NCBI GenBank assembly: GCA_963838925.1
Contig: CAWISW010000002.1
Location: forward strand, 320,001-384,000
Direction: 5' to 3'
Source of the DNA: an uncultured Nitrososphaerota archaeon
GTDB taxonomy: Archaea; Thermoproteota; Nitrososphaeria; Nitrososphaerales; Gagatemarchaeaceae
DNA: 64,000 nt
Made by a program: the position numbers and the translations under genes. Position 1 is the first letter of the stretch, and each line of letters opens with the position of its first letter. The notes below the pieces were generated by a model. That model worked only from the letters and a program-made list of their open reading frames with translations. It was not told the origin of the DNA and did no database searches. Shown piece by piece: positions 37,627 to 47,665 of the stretch.

Positions 37627-38958
37627 ATGACAGAGAAGCCCATCGAGGAGGCAATTGCCGACGGCTCAGCACCGTGGCTCTCAATCAAGGAGGTCATGTC
37701 GAGGCGGTCCGTCCCCAGGGCCGGCCTGCGCGGGTGGGTCGCAGGAAAGGCGGGGATAGGCGGCATAGTGTTCATCGTCCTAAGGGACGGCACCGGGTAT
37801 CTCCAGGTGTCGGCAAAGAAGGGGGTCGCCCCCACGTCGGTGGTCGAGACGATGCGCGGGGTGCCGAGGGAATCCGTGGTGGCCGTGAAGGGCACCGCGC
37901 GCGAGGACAGGAGGGCCCCGGGAGGGGTGGAGCTCGCCGCCGAGGAGTTCGAGGTGGTCTCGAAGGCCGAGCCCTGGCCGATCACGAAGACCGCCGTGAA
38001 GTCCGCGTCATTCCTCTACGACATGCGCCACCTCAGCATCAGGGGCAGGAAGTCCATCGCGACGATGAAGATCAGGGCGGACGTGATGGGCGCGTGCTCC
38101 GACTTCTTCAGGGAGCGAGGGTTCACCCTGATTAGCGCCCCGACGTTCGTGCAGGCCGCGGTCGAGGGAGGCTCCACTCTGTTCGAGGTCGAGTACTTTG
38201 GGAAGAAGGCGTACCTGAGCCAGAGCGCCCAGTTCTACGAGGAGGCCGCCCTAGCGGGGCTCGAAAAGGTCTGGATCTGTCAGCCCGCCTTCAGGGCGGA
38301 GAAGTCCAGGACCGCGAAGCACCTCACGGAGTTCTGGATGATAGAGGCGGAGCGCGCGTTCGCCGATCAGGCAGAGAACATGAGGCTCCAAGAGTCCCTC
38401 GTCGCATTCGTGGTCGAAAGGATCCTCGAGAGGAGGGCCGACGAGCTGGCGACCCTTGGGAGGAAGCTCATCAAGCCCGAGCTGCCCCTTGAGCGCATCT
38501 CGTACGACGAGCTCAGGGAGACCTCGAGCGCCGGCGGGAACCCGTTCGAGTGGGGTGAGGACGTCCCGACCGAGGCTGAGAGGCAGTTCTCCCTCCTGAA
38601 GAACGCCCCGTTCTTCGTCACAGACTTCCCGCTCTCGGCCCGCTCGTTCTACCACATGACCTACGAGGACCGGCCGCACGTCACCAAGTCGGCAGACCTC
38701 ATAGCCCCGGAGGGCTTCGGCGAGCTGGCGACGGGAGGGCAGAGGATCTCGGAGTACTATCCTCTCCTCCAGAGGATAAAGAGCCAGGACCTCCCTCCCG
38801 AGGCGTTCTCGTGGTACCTCGACCTGCGGAAGTTCGGGATGCCCTACCACTCGGGCTTCGGCATGGGCGTCGAGAGGCTGACCAGGTGGATAGCGGGCCT
38901 CAAGAACATCAGGTCAGCGAGCCTCTTCCCGCGGACGACGACCAGAATCTCGCCCTGA
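37627..38958 (+). CDS. asnS: Asparagine--tRNA ligase
   Basis: FIVLRDGTG, EGGSTLF, YLSQSAQFY, FRAEKSRTAKHLTEFWMIEAE, HSGFGMGVERL. Confidence 0.88.
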   Translation: MTEKPIEEAIADGSAPWLSIKEVMSRRSVPRAGLRGWVAGKAGIGGIVFIVLRDGTGYLQVSAKKGVAPTSVVETMRGVPRESVVAVKGTAREDRRAPGGVELAAEEFEVVSKAEPWPITKTAVKSASFLYDMRHLSIRGRKSIATMKIRADVMGACSDFFRERGFTLISAPTFVQAAVEGGSTLFEVEYFGKKAYLSQSAQFYEEAALAGLEKVWICQPAFRAEKSRTAKHLTEFWMIEAERAFADQAENMRLQESLVAFVVERILERRADELATLGRKLIKPELPLERISYDELRETSSAGGNPFEWGEDVPTEAERQFSLLKNAPFFVTDFPLSARSFYHMTYEDRPHVTKSADLIAPEGFGELATGGQRISEYYPLLQRIKSQDLPPEAFSWYLDLRKFGMPYHSGFGMGVERLTRWIAGLKNIRSASLFPRTTTRISP

Positions 38959-39033
38959 TGCCCTTAGAAGTAATACTTTCACTCTCCCCCACGCTAACGC
39001 TTTTAAGCCCGCGGAAGGTCGTTCGAAATCATC

Positions 39034-40051
39034 TTGGTTGAAGCAGAGACGGAAGAGGTAGAGGAAGAGAACGAGGAGATGATAGTAACCGCCCTCGCCG
39101 GGGTGGGGCCGGCTACGAAGACGAAGCTGAACGACGCGGGGATTTTCACGATTCTAGACCTTGCGACGGCGGGGCCTGCAGACATCGCCGAGGCGATCGA
39201 CGTCGACATCACAAAGGCCGTCGACCTGAACAACAAGGCGAGGAAGAAGCTCGTCGAGATGGGGAGACTGGAGCCTGACTTTATCTGCGCCTCGGAGCTC
39301 CTCACCAAGCGCAAGAACATCAGCCGCCTCTCCACTGGCTCCGCCGAACCTGGACGAGCTCCTCGCTGGGGGCATCGAGACGTGGGCGATGACCGAGTTC
39401 TACGGAGAGTTCGGCTCGGGGAAGACCCAGATATGCCACACGCTCTGCGCCATGGTGCAGCTCCCCCTGGACCAGGGAGGCCTCGACGGGGGCGCGATAT
39501 ACATCGACACCGAGGGGACCTTCAGGCCGGAGAGGCTTGCCCAGATCGCCGAGGCGAGGGGCATGGACCCCGAGGCCGTCCTCTCCAAGGTGATGGTCGC
39601 CAGGGCGTACAACAGCGCCCACCAGGAGCTGATCGCCAAGGACCTTGGGAGGATAATCGAGAAGAACAACATCAAGCTCGTAATCGTCGACAGCGCCGTA
39701 GCGCACTACAGGGCCGAGTTCCTGGGCAGGGGGACGCTCGCCGAGAGGCAGCAGAGGCTCAACCGGTTCATGCACCAGCTCCTGAGGACGGCCGAGATTT
39801 ACAACATCGCGATAATACTCACGAACCAGGTGCAGTCTGCCCCTGACAGCTTCTTCGGCGACCCCACCAGGGCGACGGGAGGGCACGTCGTGGCGCACAC
39901 CAGCACCTACCGCATCTACCTGCGCAAAGCGGGGAAGAACCGCATCGCGAGGATGATCGACAGCCCGTACCACCCCGAGAGGGACGCGGTCTTCATGCTC
40001 GACGAGAAGGGGGTTGACGACCCGCCCGAGGAAGGCACGAAGAGAAGATAG
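39034..40051 (+). CDS. radA: DNA repair and recombination protein RadA with an apparent +1 frameshift near 39345
   Basis: HhH (GVGPAT) and STGS in frame 1; NLDELLAGGIET, GEFGSGKTQ, YIDTEGTFRPER, LAERQQ in the next frame. Confidence 0.95.
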
Positions 40052-40101
40052 GCCCCGGGCAACTGTTTTAATATCTTAGACTGTGGGCTTGGAGAGTCTT
40101 C

Positions 40102-42867
40102 ATGAAGTCACGGTCATTACTAGTCTTCATACTGATTCTCTCGCTGGCGGTAGTCCCCAGCATGCAGCTGGCCCTAGCGGCGTCCAGCACGTCCTCGACC
40201 ACCTCGTCCTCGACCACGACGTCGACTACGAGCACGGCCGCGTCGGCGCCGACGGGCTCGTACTCCCAGAGGGTCGACGTCTACCTCGCGGGGACCAACG
40301 ACTACTGGCGGGTCACCCTGACGGACGTCAACGCCACCAAGCCGTCTGTGGTTGCAGCGGAGGCGGTGCCGGGCGCGACCGCCTACGAGCTCACCGCCGT
40401 CAAGACGACCTCTTCGGTCGCGAGCTCTCAGCTCTTCTGGGCGGGGGGCTACAAGGTGCTCGACCTTCCGTTCATGCCTGACTCGGGCGTCTTCCTCAAC
40501 GTGACAGCGACGAGCCAGTCCGCCGCGCAATCGGTCGCCTCCGACATGGGGACCTACGTCGGCGCGAACTTCCAGCAGGTTGGCTCGGGCGGCGGCAACT
40601 ACACCTTCTTCAGCCCGGGTGACTTCACCGTCGCTGGAGAGATCTTGTACACCTCCACGGTCCCGACCGCCGAGAAGGGGCTGGCAGACATCACGTCGGC
40701 GTTCAGCCTTGCCACTGACCCAAACCCGACCGCGACCCTAACGGGCGTGCTCTCCGGCTCCTCGTATTCCCACACCTTCAGCTTCGGCTCGACCGCCACC
40801 AACGTGGTCGCTTCTAACGGGAGCCTGACCCTCGGTAAGGCGCTCAGCGTGGGCAACGACTCCTTCACCTCGGCGCTGAACGCGACCTCCACGAAGGTGG
40901 TCATCCACTCCTTAGACGGGCTGATAAGCAGCAGCGACGCAGCGACCATCGTCAACCACCAATCGAACTTCAGCGCCAGCTACACCTACAGCGTCCCGAA
41001 CAACACGAAGTTCAGGCCGAACATCACCATGCTCTCCGACCCGCCCGTCCTCAGCGCGACGCGGCTGGTGGGAACCGGCTCGCAGATCTCGGGCGGCTTC
41101 ATCACCGTCACCCTGCTCTTTAGGAACACGGCCGCCGCCGGAACAATCGACAACATCGCCTTGAACGACAACTGGTATGCTTCTTACCCGTCGCTCTTCT
41201 CCCTCTCCGCAGGAAACTCGAGCTTCACCGTCCCGACCCTCGCCGCCGGCCAGAACTTCTCGCAAGTCTACGTCCTGAAGGTGATTTCGTCTGCAAGCCA
41301 GGACTTGGTGGTGCCGGCCGTTCACGTCACGTACTCCTACTCGACGGGTGGCGTGACCGTCAACGCGGGCACAGAGACGAACCAGCTCGAGATCCGCACG
41401 AACGACCCCGGTCCAGCCCTGCAGATAACAGCGGGCGCCGACATCTCGTCGGGCTCGCCCATCGGAATGGCGGGGCACTATGTCGTGACCGTCACCAACA
41501 CAGGGAACGACGCAGCCCTCAGCCTGAAGGTCGGGAACTTCACGGACGAGAGCCTTGTGCAGGGTGGCGGAGTGTGGAAGTTCAACACGACCCTCCCGCT
41601 CAACAGCATCCTCGACCGCAACCTCACCCAGATGTTCACGCTCCAGTGGACGGCCCCCGACGGGACCCAGGGCACGCTGCAGTCGAACCCCGACGACCTC
41701 GTCCTGTCCCACTCAGGGATCCTGCTCCCCCTCATGCAGTTCAACGTAGCCGCGACCCTCTCGCCCGGGATTCTCGCCTCCGGAAGGGCCAACGCGACCT
41801 ACACCCTGACCAACGTCGGCAACGCAGCCCCAGCGAGCGTGACTGTCAACCAGGCGTTTGCGAACGGAATGGAGTGCAACAGCGTGCTGAAGGGCAACGC
41901 GACCTGCACGGCCAACGGCCTCTCATTCTCGGCCTCTGCCTTGGCTCCGGGCTCCAACGTCGGAGGTACCCTCGACATGGCCTTCTCGACCGACAACTAC
42001 ATCAGCGAGCCAGCGACCATCACGACGACCTACGCGGGCATCACACTCTACACCGGAGGCGCGGGGTTCGTCGTCCCGGCAGGCGTAATCGTGACCCGGG
42101 TCGACACGCCCAACCCCGTCTTCCAAGGGCAGAACGACACGGTGGTGATCAACGTGGCGAACCACGGTTCGCTGCCTGTCTACAACGTCACCCTCCTCAC
42201 CCAGCCTGACGTCTTCGACGTGGGAATCTCGGGAGCGCTTCACGCCGAGTACACGAACATAGCGGCCGACACCACGGAGTCGTTCAACTACACGGTGGGA
42301 ATCGTCACCCCAGGAAACCACACGACCTCCTCGATAACTCTCTCCTACGGGTTCGGGGGCTTCGCGGCCTCCTACACGGTGTTCCCCGGGACGGTCTTGG
42401 TGTACCACTCTGTGCAGGCCACCACGACGACGAAGCCGTCCACCCCGACCGAGGGGTCTGACTTCAAACTGATGGTCAACGTGCAGAACCCGTCGACGGC
42501 GAACGTGACCAACGTCGCCCTCGCCATCCATATTCCGCAGGGCCTGACGATAGTGAACGCGTCATCGGGACTCAGGGTGATCGGAAGAACCGTGACCATG
42601 GGTCTTTCTTCGCTCGGCGCGGGCTCGACCACGACGGGCACGCTGACGGTGGTGGCGGGCGCTGACGGCAGCATAAGCCTCGGGACAGGGACGCTCACCT
42701 TCGACTACGCCGGGTCGACAGTGACGGGCATCGTGAACACCCCTGCGATAGTTGTGGGCGTAGACCTGCTGGTGCGCTACGAGCTGCCCATCGGAGTCGC
42801 CGTCCTCCTGAGCCTCGTGGTCGCCGTCTACATGCACAGGAAGCTCACCGTGCCCCAAGTCAAGTGA
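40102..42867 (+). CDS. Large anchored cell-surface glycoprotein with repeated Ig-like (DUF11/BatD-like) domains
   Basis: Signal peptide, S/T linker, repeated VTVTNxG motifs, many NxS/T sequons, C-terminal TM and basic tail. Confidence 0.85.
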   Translation: MKSRSLLVFILILSLAVVPSMQLALAASSTSSTTSSSTTTSTTSTAASAPTGSYSQRVDVYLAGTNDYWRVTLTDVNATKPSVVAAEAVPGATAYELTAVKTTSSVASSQLFWAGGYKVLDLPFMPDSGVFLNVTATSQSAAQSVASDMGTYVGANFQQVGSGGGNYTFFSPGDFTVAGEILYTSTVPTAEKGLADITSAFSLATDPNPTATLTGVLSGSSYSHTFSFGSTATNVVASNGSLTLGKALSVGNDSFTSALNATSTKVVIHSLDGLISSSDAATIVNHQSNFSASYTYSVPNNTKFRPNITMLSDPPVLSATRLVGTGSQISGGFITVTLLFRNTAAAGTIDNIALNDNWYASYPSLFSLSAGNSSFTVPTLAAGQNFSQVYVLKVISSASQDLVVPAVHVTYSYSTGGVTVNAGTETNQLEIRTNDPGPALQITAGADISSGSPIGMAGHYVVTVTNTGNDAALSLKVGNFTDESLVQGGGVWKFNTTLPLNSILDRNLTQMFTLQWTAPDGTQGTLQSNPDDLVLSHSGILLPLMQFNVAATLSPGILASGRANATYTLTNVGNAAPASVTVNQAFANGMECNSVLKGNATCTANGLSFSASALAPGSNVGGTLDMAFSTDNYISEPATITTTYAGITLYTGGAGFVVPAGVIVTRVDTPNPVFQGQNDTVVINVANHGSLPVYNVTLLTQPDVFDVGISGALHAEYTNIAADTTESFNYTVGIVTPGNHTTSSITLSYGFGGFAASYTVFPGTVLVYHSVQATTTTKPSTPTEGSDFKLMVNVQNPSTANVTNVALAIHIPQGLTIVNASSGLRVIGRTVTMGLSSLGAGSTTTGTLTVVAGADGSISLGTGTLTFDYAGSTVTGIVNTPAIVVGVDLLVRYELPIGVAVLLSLVVAVYMHRKLTVPQVK

Positions 42868-42874
42868 CCACCTA

Positions 42875-43390
42875 GTGGCTGACGCAAGACCTAGTCGCCG
42901 TCAGCCGTCATCGCCCTCTCCAGGCTCCAGACCAGGCTTGGAGGAGAGGTCTGCAGGAGCGGTCGTCTTCCGGCGCGACTCAGGGTCGCCGCGTTACCTG
43001 CTCCTGAAGTATCCGGCGGGGCACTGGGACCTCCCGAAGGGGAACATCGAGAAGGGCGAGGAGCCCCTGCAGACGATGGCCAGGGAGGTCAGGGAGGAGA
43101 CGGGGATAGTCGACCTCGTGGTCATCCCGGGCTTTGAGAGGAAGATCGAGTACTTCTACAGGCGCGAAGGCAGGAAGGTCCACAAGACCGTTGTCTTCTT
43201 CCTGGCCGAGACCCAGTCTGAGAAGGTGACCATCTCATTCGAGCACCAAGCGTACGGCTGGTACGGCTTCGAGGAGGCGCTGAAGGCTGTGACCTATCCG
43301 AACGCTAAGAGGCTGATCAGGGAGGCCGAGTCGCTCGTCGGCGAGGGAAGGGCTGCCTCGACTAGGCGGGCCGACGGACCCACTCGCTGA
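42875..43390 (+). CDS. NUDIX hydrolase (Ap4A hydrolase-like)
   Basis: SAGAVVFR, HWDLPKG..E.GE......REVREETG, SFEHQAY. Confidence 0.92.
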   Translation: MADARPSRRQPSSPSPGSRPGLEERSAGAVVFRRDSGSPRYLLLKYPAGHWDLPKGNIEKGEEPLQTMAREVREETGIVDLVVIPGFERKIEYFYRREGRKVHKTVVFFLAETQSEKVTISFEHQAYGWYGFEEALKAVTYPNAKRLIREAESLVGEGRAASTRRADGPTR

Positions 43391-44447
43391 CCCTCTCCAT
43401 CGCGACCTCGTCGGTCAGAGAAACGGGCGGGTGCTTCATCAGCCAAGCGCTCGCCTCGATGAGGGGGCCTCCCACATTCTTGTCCATCGCGATCTTGCAG
43501 TACCTTATCGCGTCGACCACGACTCCCGCGGAGTTCGCCTTGTCGTCAACCTCGAGCCGGAGCTCCATGTTGAACGGGACGCCGGGGAACATCGTCCCCT
43601 CGATCCTGATGAACGCAAGCTTCGTGTTCCCGAGGTACGGGATGAAGTCGCTCGGCCCCACGTAGATCCTCTCGCTGGGCAAGCGCTCCCTCAGCTGGCT
43701 CTGGACGGCCTCCGTCTTGGAGATCCTCTTCGACTCGAGGCGCTGCTGCTCCTTCATGTTGAGGAAGTCGGTGTTGCCTCCCACGTTGATCTGGTACGTC
43801 CTGTCCACCCTGACCGACCTGTCCGAGCAGAGCCTCGCGAGCGTCCTGTGGACTATGGTCGCCCCCACGACGCCCTTCACGTCGTCCCCGACGATCGGGA
43901 GGCGGCTCTTCGAGAACCTCTTCGCCCAGCCGGCGTTCGAAGCGATGAAGACGGGGATGCAGTTGACGAACCCCACGCCCGCCTGCAGGGCGACGTCCGC
44001 CCAGAACTTCGTCGCCTTCTGGCTGCCCACTGGCAGGTAGTTGACCAGCAGCTGGGTCTTCGACTCTTTCAGCTCGTCAAGCACCTCGTCCCTGATGGCG
44101 GAGACCGCCCTCCCGCTCTTGAGCGGCTTGATCTTCTCCCCCACGTATATCCCAACCCCGTCCAGGACCGGGGACTCGCCCACTATCGCGTCGCAGCCTG
44201 AGACGCTGTCGGTCCACCTCACCATGTTCGGCCCGAGGTATATCGCCTTCGAGAGGGGCTTCCCGACCTTGTTCGCCCCCACGTCGTAGGCGGCCACGAA
44301 GTCGATGTCCTCTATGCGGTAGGCCCCTATCTTGGTGTTGCCTAGGGCCTTCGCGTCCTTGTCCCCCCTCTTGCAGAGCTCTATTCCCTGGATTATTCCG
44401 GAGGCGCAGTTTCCCACCCCCACGATTCCCGCGCGTATCTTGGACAA
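43362..44447 (-). CDS. ino1: Myo-inositol-1-phosphate synthase
   Basis: GVGNCAS, NYLPVGS, GDDVK..VGATIVHR, GGNTDFLNM, NSAGVVVDAIR. Confidence 0.96.
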   Translation of the reverse strand: MSKIRAGIVGVGNCASGIIQGIELCKRGDKDAKALGNTKIGAYRIEDIDFVAAYDVGANKVGKPLSKAIYLGPNMVRWTDSVSGCDAIVGESPVLDGVGIYVGEKIKPLKSGRAVSAIRDEVLDELKESKTQLLVNYLPVGSQKATKFWADVALQAGVGFVNCIPVFIASNAGWAKRFSKSRLPIVGDDVKGVVGATIVHRTLARLCSDRSVRVDRTYQINVGGNTDFLNMKEQQRLESKRISKTEAVQSQLRERLPSERIYVGPSDFIPYLGNTKLAFIRIEGTMFPGVPFNMELRLEVDDKANSAGVVVDAIRYCKIAMDKNVGGPLIEASAWLMKHPPVSLTDEVAMERVSEWVRRPA

Positions 44448-44522
44448 GCGGATTACTGCAGCCCGACCTGAGACGTGATTATAAACTGCTTTCTTCTTGA
44501 GCGAAGAGTCCGGCAGGCGCCC

Positions 44523-45257
44523 CTAGGCGTCGAGCTCGCGGTTGAGCGCCTCGACCTTCCTCACCGGGTCCTTCGAGTCGACGATCGAGCGGCCGACTAT
44601 GAGGTAGTCCGCCCCTGCTGCCAGCGCCTTCTTCGCGTCGCCGCCCTGGAATCCTACGCCCGGGCTGAGGATCACCTGGTCCTTGCTTAGGGTCGACCTC
44701 ACCTGGCGGATGATCGAGGGGGACTTGGACGAGACGACCGCCCCGTCAGCCCCCCACTCCTTGGTCTTGCGAGCGAACCTGAGGTACAGCGGCTCCTTCC
44801 CGACCTTCAGGCCGTAGCCCTCCTTCGCGCCGGTGTGGCTCATGTAGACCAGCAGTATGATGCCCTTTCGCATCTCCCTGCTCTTGGCGATGAGGTCCTC
44901 GATGCCGTCCTTGTATCCCACGAAGGGGTTCGCGATGAGCGCGTCGAACCCGTTCGAGAACAGGGTCTCGGCCGCCTCGACGTTGGTGGATCCTATGTCG
45001 TTCAGCTTCATGTCCGCGATGAGGGGGAGCGCCCCGTCCTCGCAGCGCTCGGTGAGCTCTCTCAGCCCGAGCGCGCCGTACGGGAGCAAGAGGTGCCAGT
45101 TGACCTTGACCGCGACGATGCGCTCCCTCATCCCCGAGACGAGGGACACCGCCCTGTCGAGCCTCGTCTCGAACGGGCCACCCACGTCGGCGGCGAGGAT
45201 GATTCTGCTGCCTGACTTGCGCGAGTTTGATTCTAGCCAATCCCTGAGGAGTTTCAC
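44523..45257 (-). CDS. pyrF: Orotidine-5'-phosphate decarboxylase
   Basis: IILAAD, DMKLNDIGST, SPGVGFQGG, IVGRSI; GTG at 45257 overlaps the upstream stop. Confidence 0.95.
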   Translation of the reverse strand: MKLLRDWLESNSRKSGSRIILAADVGGPFETRLDRAVSLVSGMRERIVAVKVNWHLLLPYGALGLRELTERCEDGALPLIADMKLNDIGSTNVEAAETLFSNGFDALIANPFVGYKDGIEDLIAKSREMRKGIILLVYMSHTGAKEGYGLKVGKEPLYLRFARKTKEWGADGAVVSSKSPSIIRQVRSTLSKDQVILSPGVGFQGGDAKKALAAGADYLIVGRSIVDSKDPVRKVEALNRELDA

Positions 45258-45967
45258 TTGAACTCCACCAAGGGGTGCTTCTCCTTCAGCTTTACCACCT
45301 TCACGTAGATCGAGCCGTGCTCGTCTATCCTCTTGCTGAAGCCCGTGTCGACGAGCCTCGAGGCAGAATACCTCACGAATCCCGAGGTGGGCTCCTTGTC
45401 CAGGCGGGCGTAGAAGAAGAGCGAGGCCTCCTCGAAGTCGTCGAGCCTCGCGAAGCAGCCGGTTATCCAGCTCGTCCCGTTCTTGAACGTGTAGAGAGGC
45501 AGCGGGGGCTCCTCGTAGAGCATCTTGTAGGAGGCGATCTTCATGAGGTTGGCCAGGTCGGACACCTGCGCGGCGAGGAACCTCGCCTTGAAGCCCGACC
45601 GCCTCTCGAGGACCCGCGGCAGCTTGAGGATGTGGACTATGGGCGCGTACATGTACGAGGGGTTGAGCGCGGCCTCGACCAGCTGTGCGTCCTCGGTCTC
45701 TCCCGAGCTCTTGTAGGCAAGGAACTCCCCTCCCTTCTCGACCTCGATGTGGTAGAAGATCGGGATGCCCATGAAGAGGTCGGTCTGGACGGCGAGCCTG
45801 AACTTGCTGCCCTCCTTCGACATGAATATCGGGAACGGCGCCCTCTCGAACGCGCACGCCAGCCGAGCTAGATCTGTGAGACTCTCGAGCTCGACGAAGC
45901 AGGCTCCGACTATCCGCTTCTGTCCAGCGTCGGTCCTGGCTTTTGTCGACAAACTCTGCGCTCGCAA
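45254..45967 (-). CDS. Hypothetical protein
   Basis: Typical codon usage; internal duplication (LESLTDLARL / VSDLANLMKI); coupled to pyrF. Confidence 0.8.
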   Translation of the reverse strand: MRAQSLSTKARTDAGQKRIVGACFVELESLTDLARLACAFERAPFPIFMSKEGSKFRLAVQTDLFMGIPIFYHIEVEKGGEFLAYKSSGETEDAQLVEAALNPSYMYAPIVHILKLPRVLERRSGFKARFLAAQVSDLANLMKIASYKMLYEEPPLPLYTFKNGTSWITGCFARLDDFEEASLFFYARLDKEPTSGFVRYSASRLVDTGFSKRIDEHGSIYVKVVKLKEKHPLVEFK

Positions 45968-46050
45968 TTCCTGCTCTTTAATAATGTTCGCAATTTCGTA
46001 GCCCTCGGTCTTCTGTTTTGGCCCCTCCGCGCGTCGAAAGAGGTGGGAAG

Positions 46051-46443
46051 ATGGAGCCGGTCGACGTGGAGAGGTACAGTGCGGAGGCTGGAGCGCTCGA
46101 GTCTAAGCTGGCCGGCGCGCTCTCCCAGTCTCAGTCCGGCCCCGACGAGCAGGCCGTGTGGGAGGCTTACGCGGGGACCGAGAAGCTCATAGCCGTGATG
46201 AAGATGAGGCTGGACTACGAGACACCCGGCGTCTTCACCAAGCTCCCGGAAGCGAGCGACCCGGCCAAGCTGCTCGCGGATGCCCGCGAGCTGCTCTCGA
46301 GGGCGGCGGGGGAGATCTCCGCTGACAGGGGCACCAAGGCGATAGAGACGCTGCGGATGGCGAGAAACGACCTCCGGAGCTACCTGACCGACAAGAGAAA
46401 GTCAGCCACGAAGCGGGCGCGCAGCCGGCCGGCTCAGCACTGA
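46051..46443 (+). CDS. Hypothetical helical protein
   Basis: GAGGTG before the ATG at 46051; typical codon usage. Confidence 0.7.
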   Translation: MEPVDVERYSAEAGALESKLAGALSQSQSGPDEQAVWEAYAGTEKLIAVMKMRLDYETPGVFTKLPEASDPAKLLADARELLSRAAGEISADRGTKAIETLRMARNDLRSYLTDKRKSATKRARSRPAQH

Positions 46444-46447
46444 GTGC

Positions 46448-46837
46448 CTAGGCTGGGACGGGCTTTTCATTGGCGGGGGCTTCGGCCGCTGCCGGGGCCT
46501 TCTCCTTCTCCTCGGCCTTCTCGGCGGGTTTCTCCTCCTTCTTCTCCTTGCTCTTCTTCACTTCCTTCTCCTCCTCTTCCTCCTTCGTGCCCTCGAGCTC
46601 GACCAGCCTCAGCTCGCCCTCCTCCACCAGGACCCTGTAATCGTCACGGACCTTCTCGATGCTGAGGAACCTCTTGATGTACGTCTTCACGTGCCTTGAG
46701 CGGATTCCCTTCTTCAGCGACTTGTCTTCGATGTCCAGCTCGTCGCCGCTCACTTCAGGCTTCGCGCCTATACGAGGCTCGAGAAACTTTGCGAGCTCGT
46801 CCCCCTTGTCCTTCAGGGTGCCCAGGAGTATCTTCAT
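46448..46837 (-). CDS. Ribosomal protein eL22-like protein with acidic/Lys-rich tail
   Basis: LAKFLEPRI...SRHVKTYIKRFL....RDDYRV resembles eL22 SKRYLKYLTKKYL....RDWLRV. Confidence 0.65.
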   Translation of the reverse strand: MKILLGTLKDKGDELAKFLEPRIGAKPEVSGDELDIEDKSLKKGIRSRHVKTYIKRFLSIEKVRDDYRVLVEEGELRLVELEGTKEEEEEKEVKKSKEKKEEKPAEKAEEKEKAPAAAEAPANEKPVPA

Positions 46838-46877
46838 TCTTGTTCAGCGAACCTCCTTCTGGGTGTCATTATAACGA

Positions 46878-47660
46878 TTATCGTCCCAGCCTCCTCTGCC
46901 TCCGCTGGTAGGTCCTTATCGCCCTGAGGAGGTCTATCTTGCGGAAGGCGGGCCAGTACACGTCGAGGAAGACGAGCTCGCTGTATGCGCCCTGCCAGAG
47001 GAGGAAGCCGCTCATCCTCTCCTCGCCCGACGTCCTGATGATTAGGTCTGGCTCGGGGTTGGGAAGGTGCGAGGTGTACAGCCGCCTCGATATGGTATCC
47101 TCCGTGATGTCCTCGGGGGAGAGTGTCCCCTTCCTCACCTCCATCGCGATGTCCTTGACCGAGTCGGTGATCTCCGCCCTCCCTCCGTACGCCACGGCGA
47201 TGTTGAGGAAGTGCCCGTCGAATTCGGCGGTCTTCTTCTCAACCTCGTCAAGTATGTCCCTCATCTCCTGCGGTAGGAGGTCGAACTTCCCTATCCCCTT
47301 CACCCTCACCTTGTACCTGTAGATCCTCTCGTCGGTGAGCAGCCTCCTCAGCCTCTCCTCGATGAGCCTGAAGAGCTCTGCGACCTCCTCCGAGGTCCTC
47401 TGGAGGTTCTCGGTCGAGAGGACGTAGAGCGTTATCGACTTTATCCCTATCTCGTGGCACCAGTCGAGGAGCCTCTCCACGACGTCGGCGCCCTGCGTGT
47501 GGCCGAGGTCGACTGTGAGCCTGTGGTTCTGCGCCCACCTCCTGTTGCCGTCGAGGATGATGCCGATGTGCCCGGGTATCGGACCGCCCTCTATCTCGGA
47601 GTTGAGCCTGCTCTCGTAGAGCCGGTATACTCCTATGGACTGGAGGATCTCGTCAAGCAC
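46878..47660 (-). CDS. uppS: cis-Prenyltransferase (polyprenyl diphosphate synthase)
   Basis: HIGIILDGNRRWA, STEN, YGGRAEI, PDLIIRTSGEERMSGFLLWQ. Confidence 0.97.
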   Translation of the reverse strand: MLDEILQSIGVYRLYESRLNSEIEGGPIPGHIGIILDGNRRWAQNHRLTVDLGHTQGADVVERLLDWCHEIGIKSITLYVLSTENLQRTSEEVAELFRLIEERLRRLLTDERIYRYKVRVKGIGKFDLLPQEMRDILDEVEKKTAEFDGHFLNIAVAYGGRAEITDSVKDIAMEVRKGTLSPEDITEDTISRRLYTSHLPNPEPDLIIRTSGEERMSGFLLWQGAYSELVFLDVYWPAFRKIDLLRAIRTYQRRQRRLGR

Positions 47661-47665
47661 AGCCG

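Noticed and set aside
34580-39360. Programmed frameshifting in ctaA and radA
   Set aside because: No slippery heptamer or shared signal at the two sites; sequence error is more parsimonious
40180-40245. Repetitive TCGACC/ACG tract
   Set aside because: Ser/Thr linker coding sequence, not a DNA repeat array
45258-45857. Apparent 200-aa N-terminal fusion to PyrF
   Set aside because: Off-frame reading of the upstream gene; the GTG at 45257 overlapping its stop is the better start
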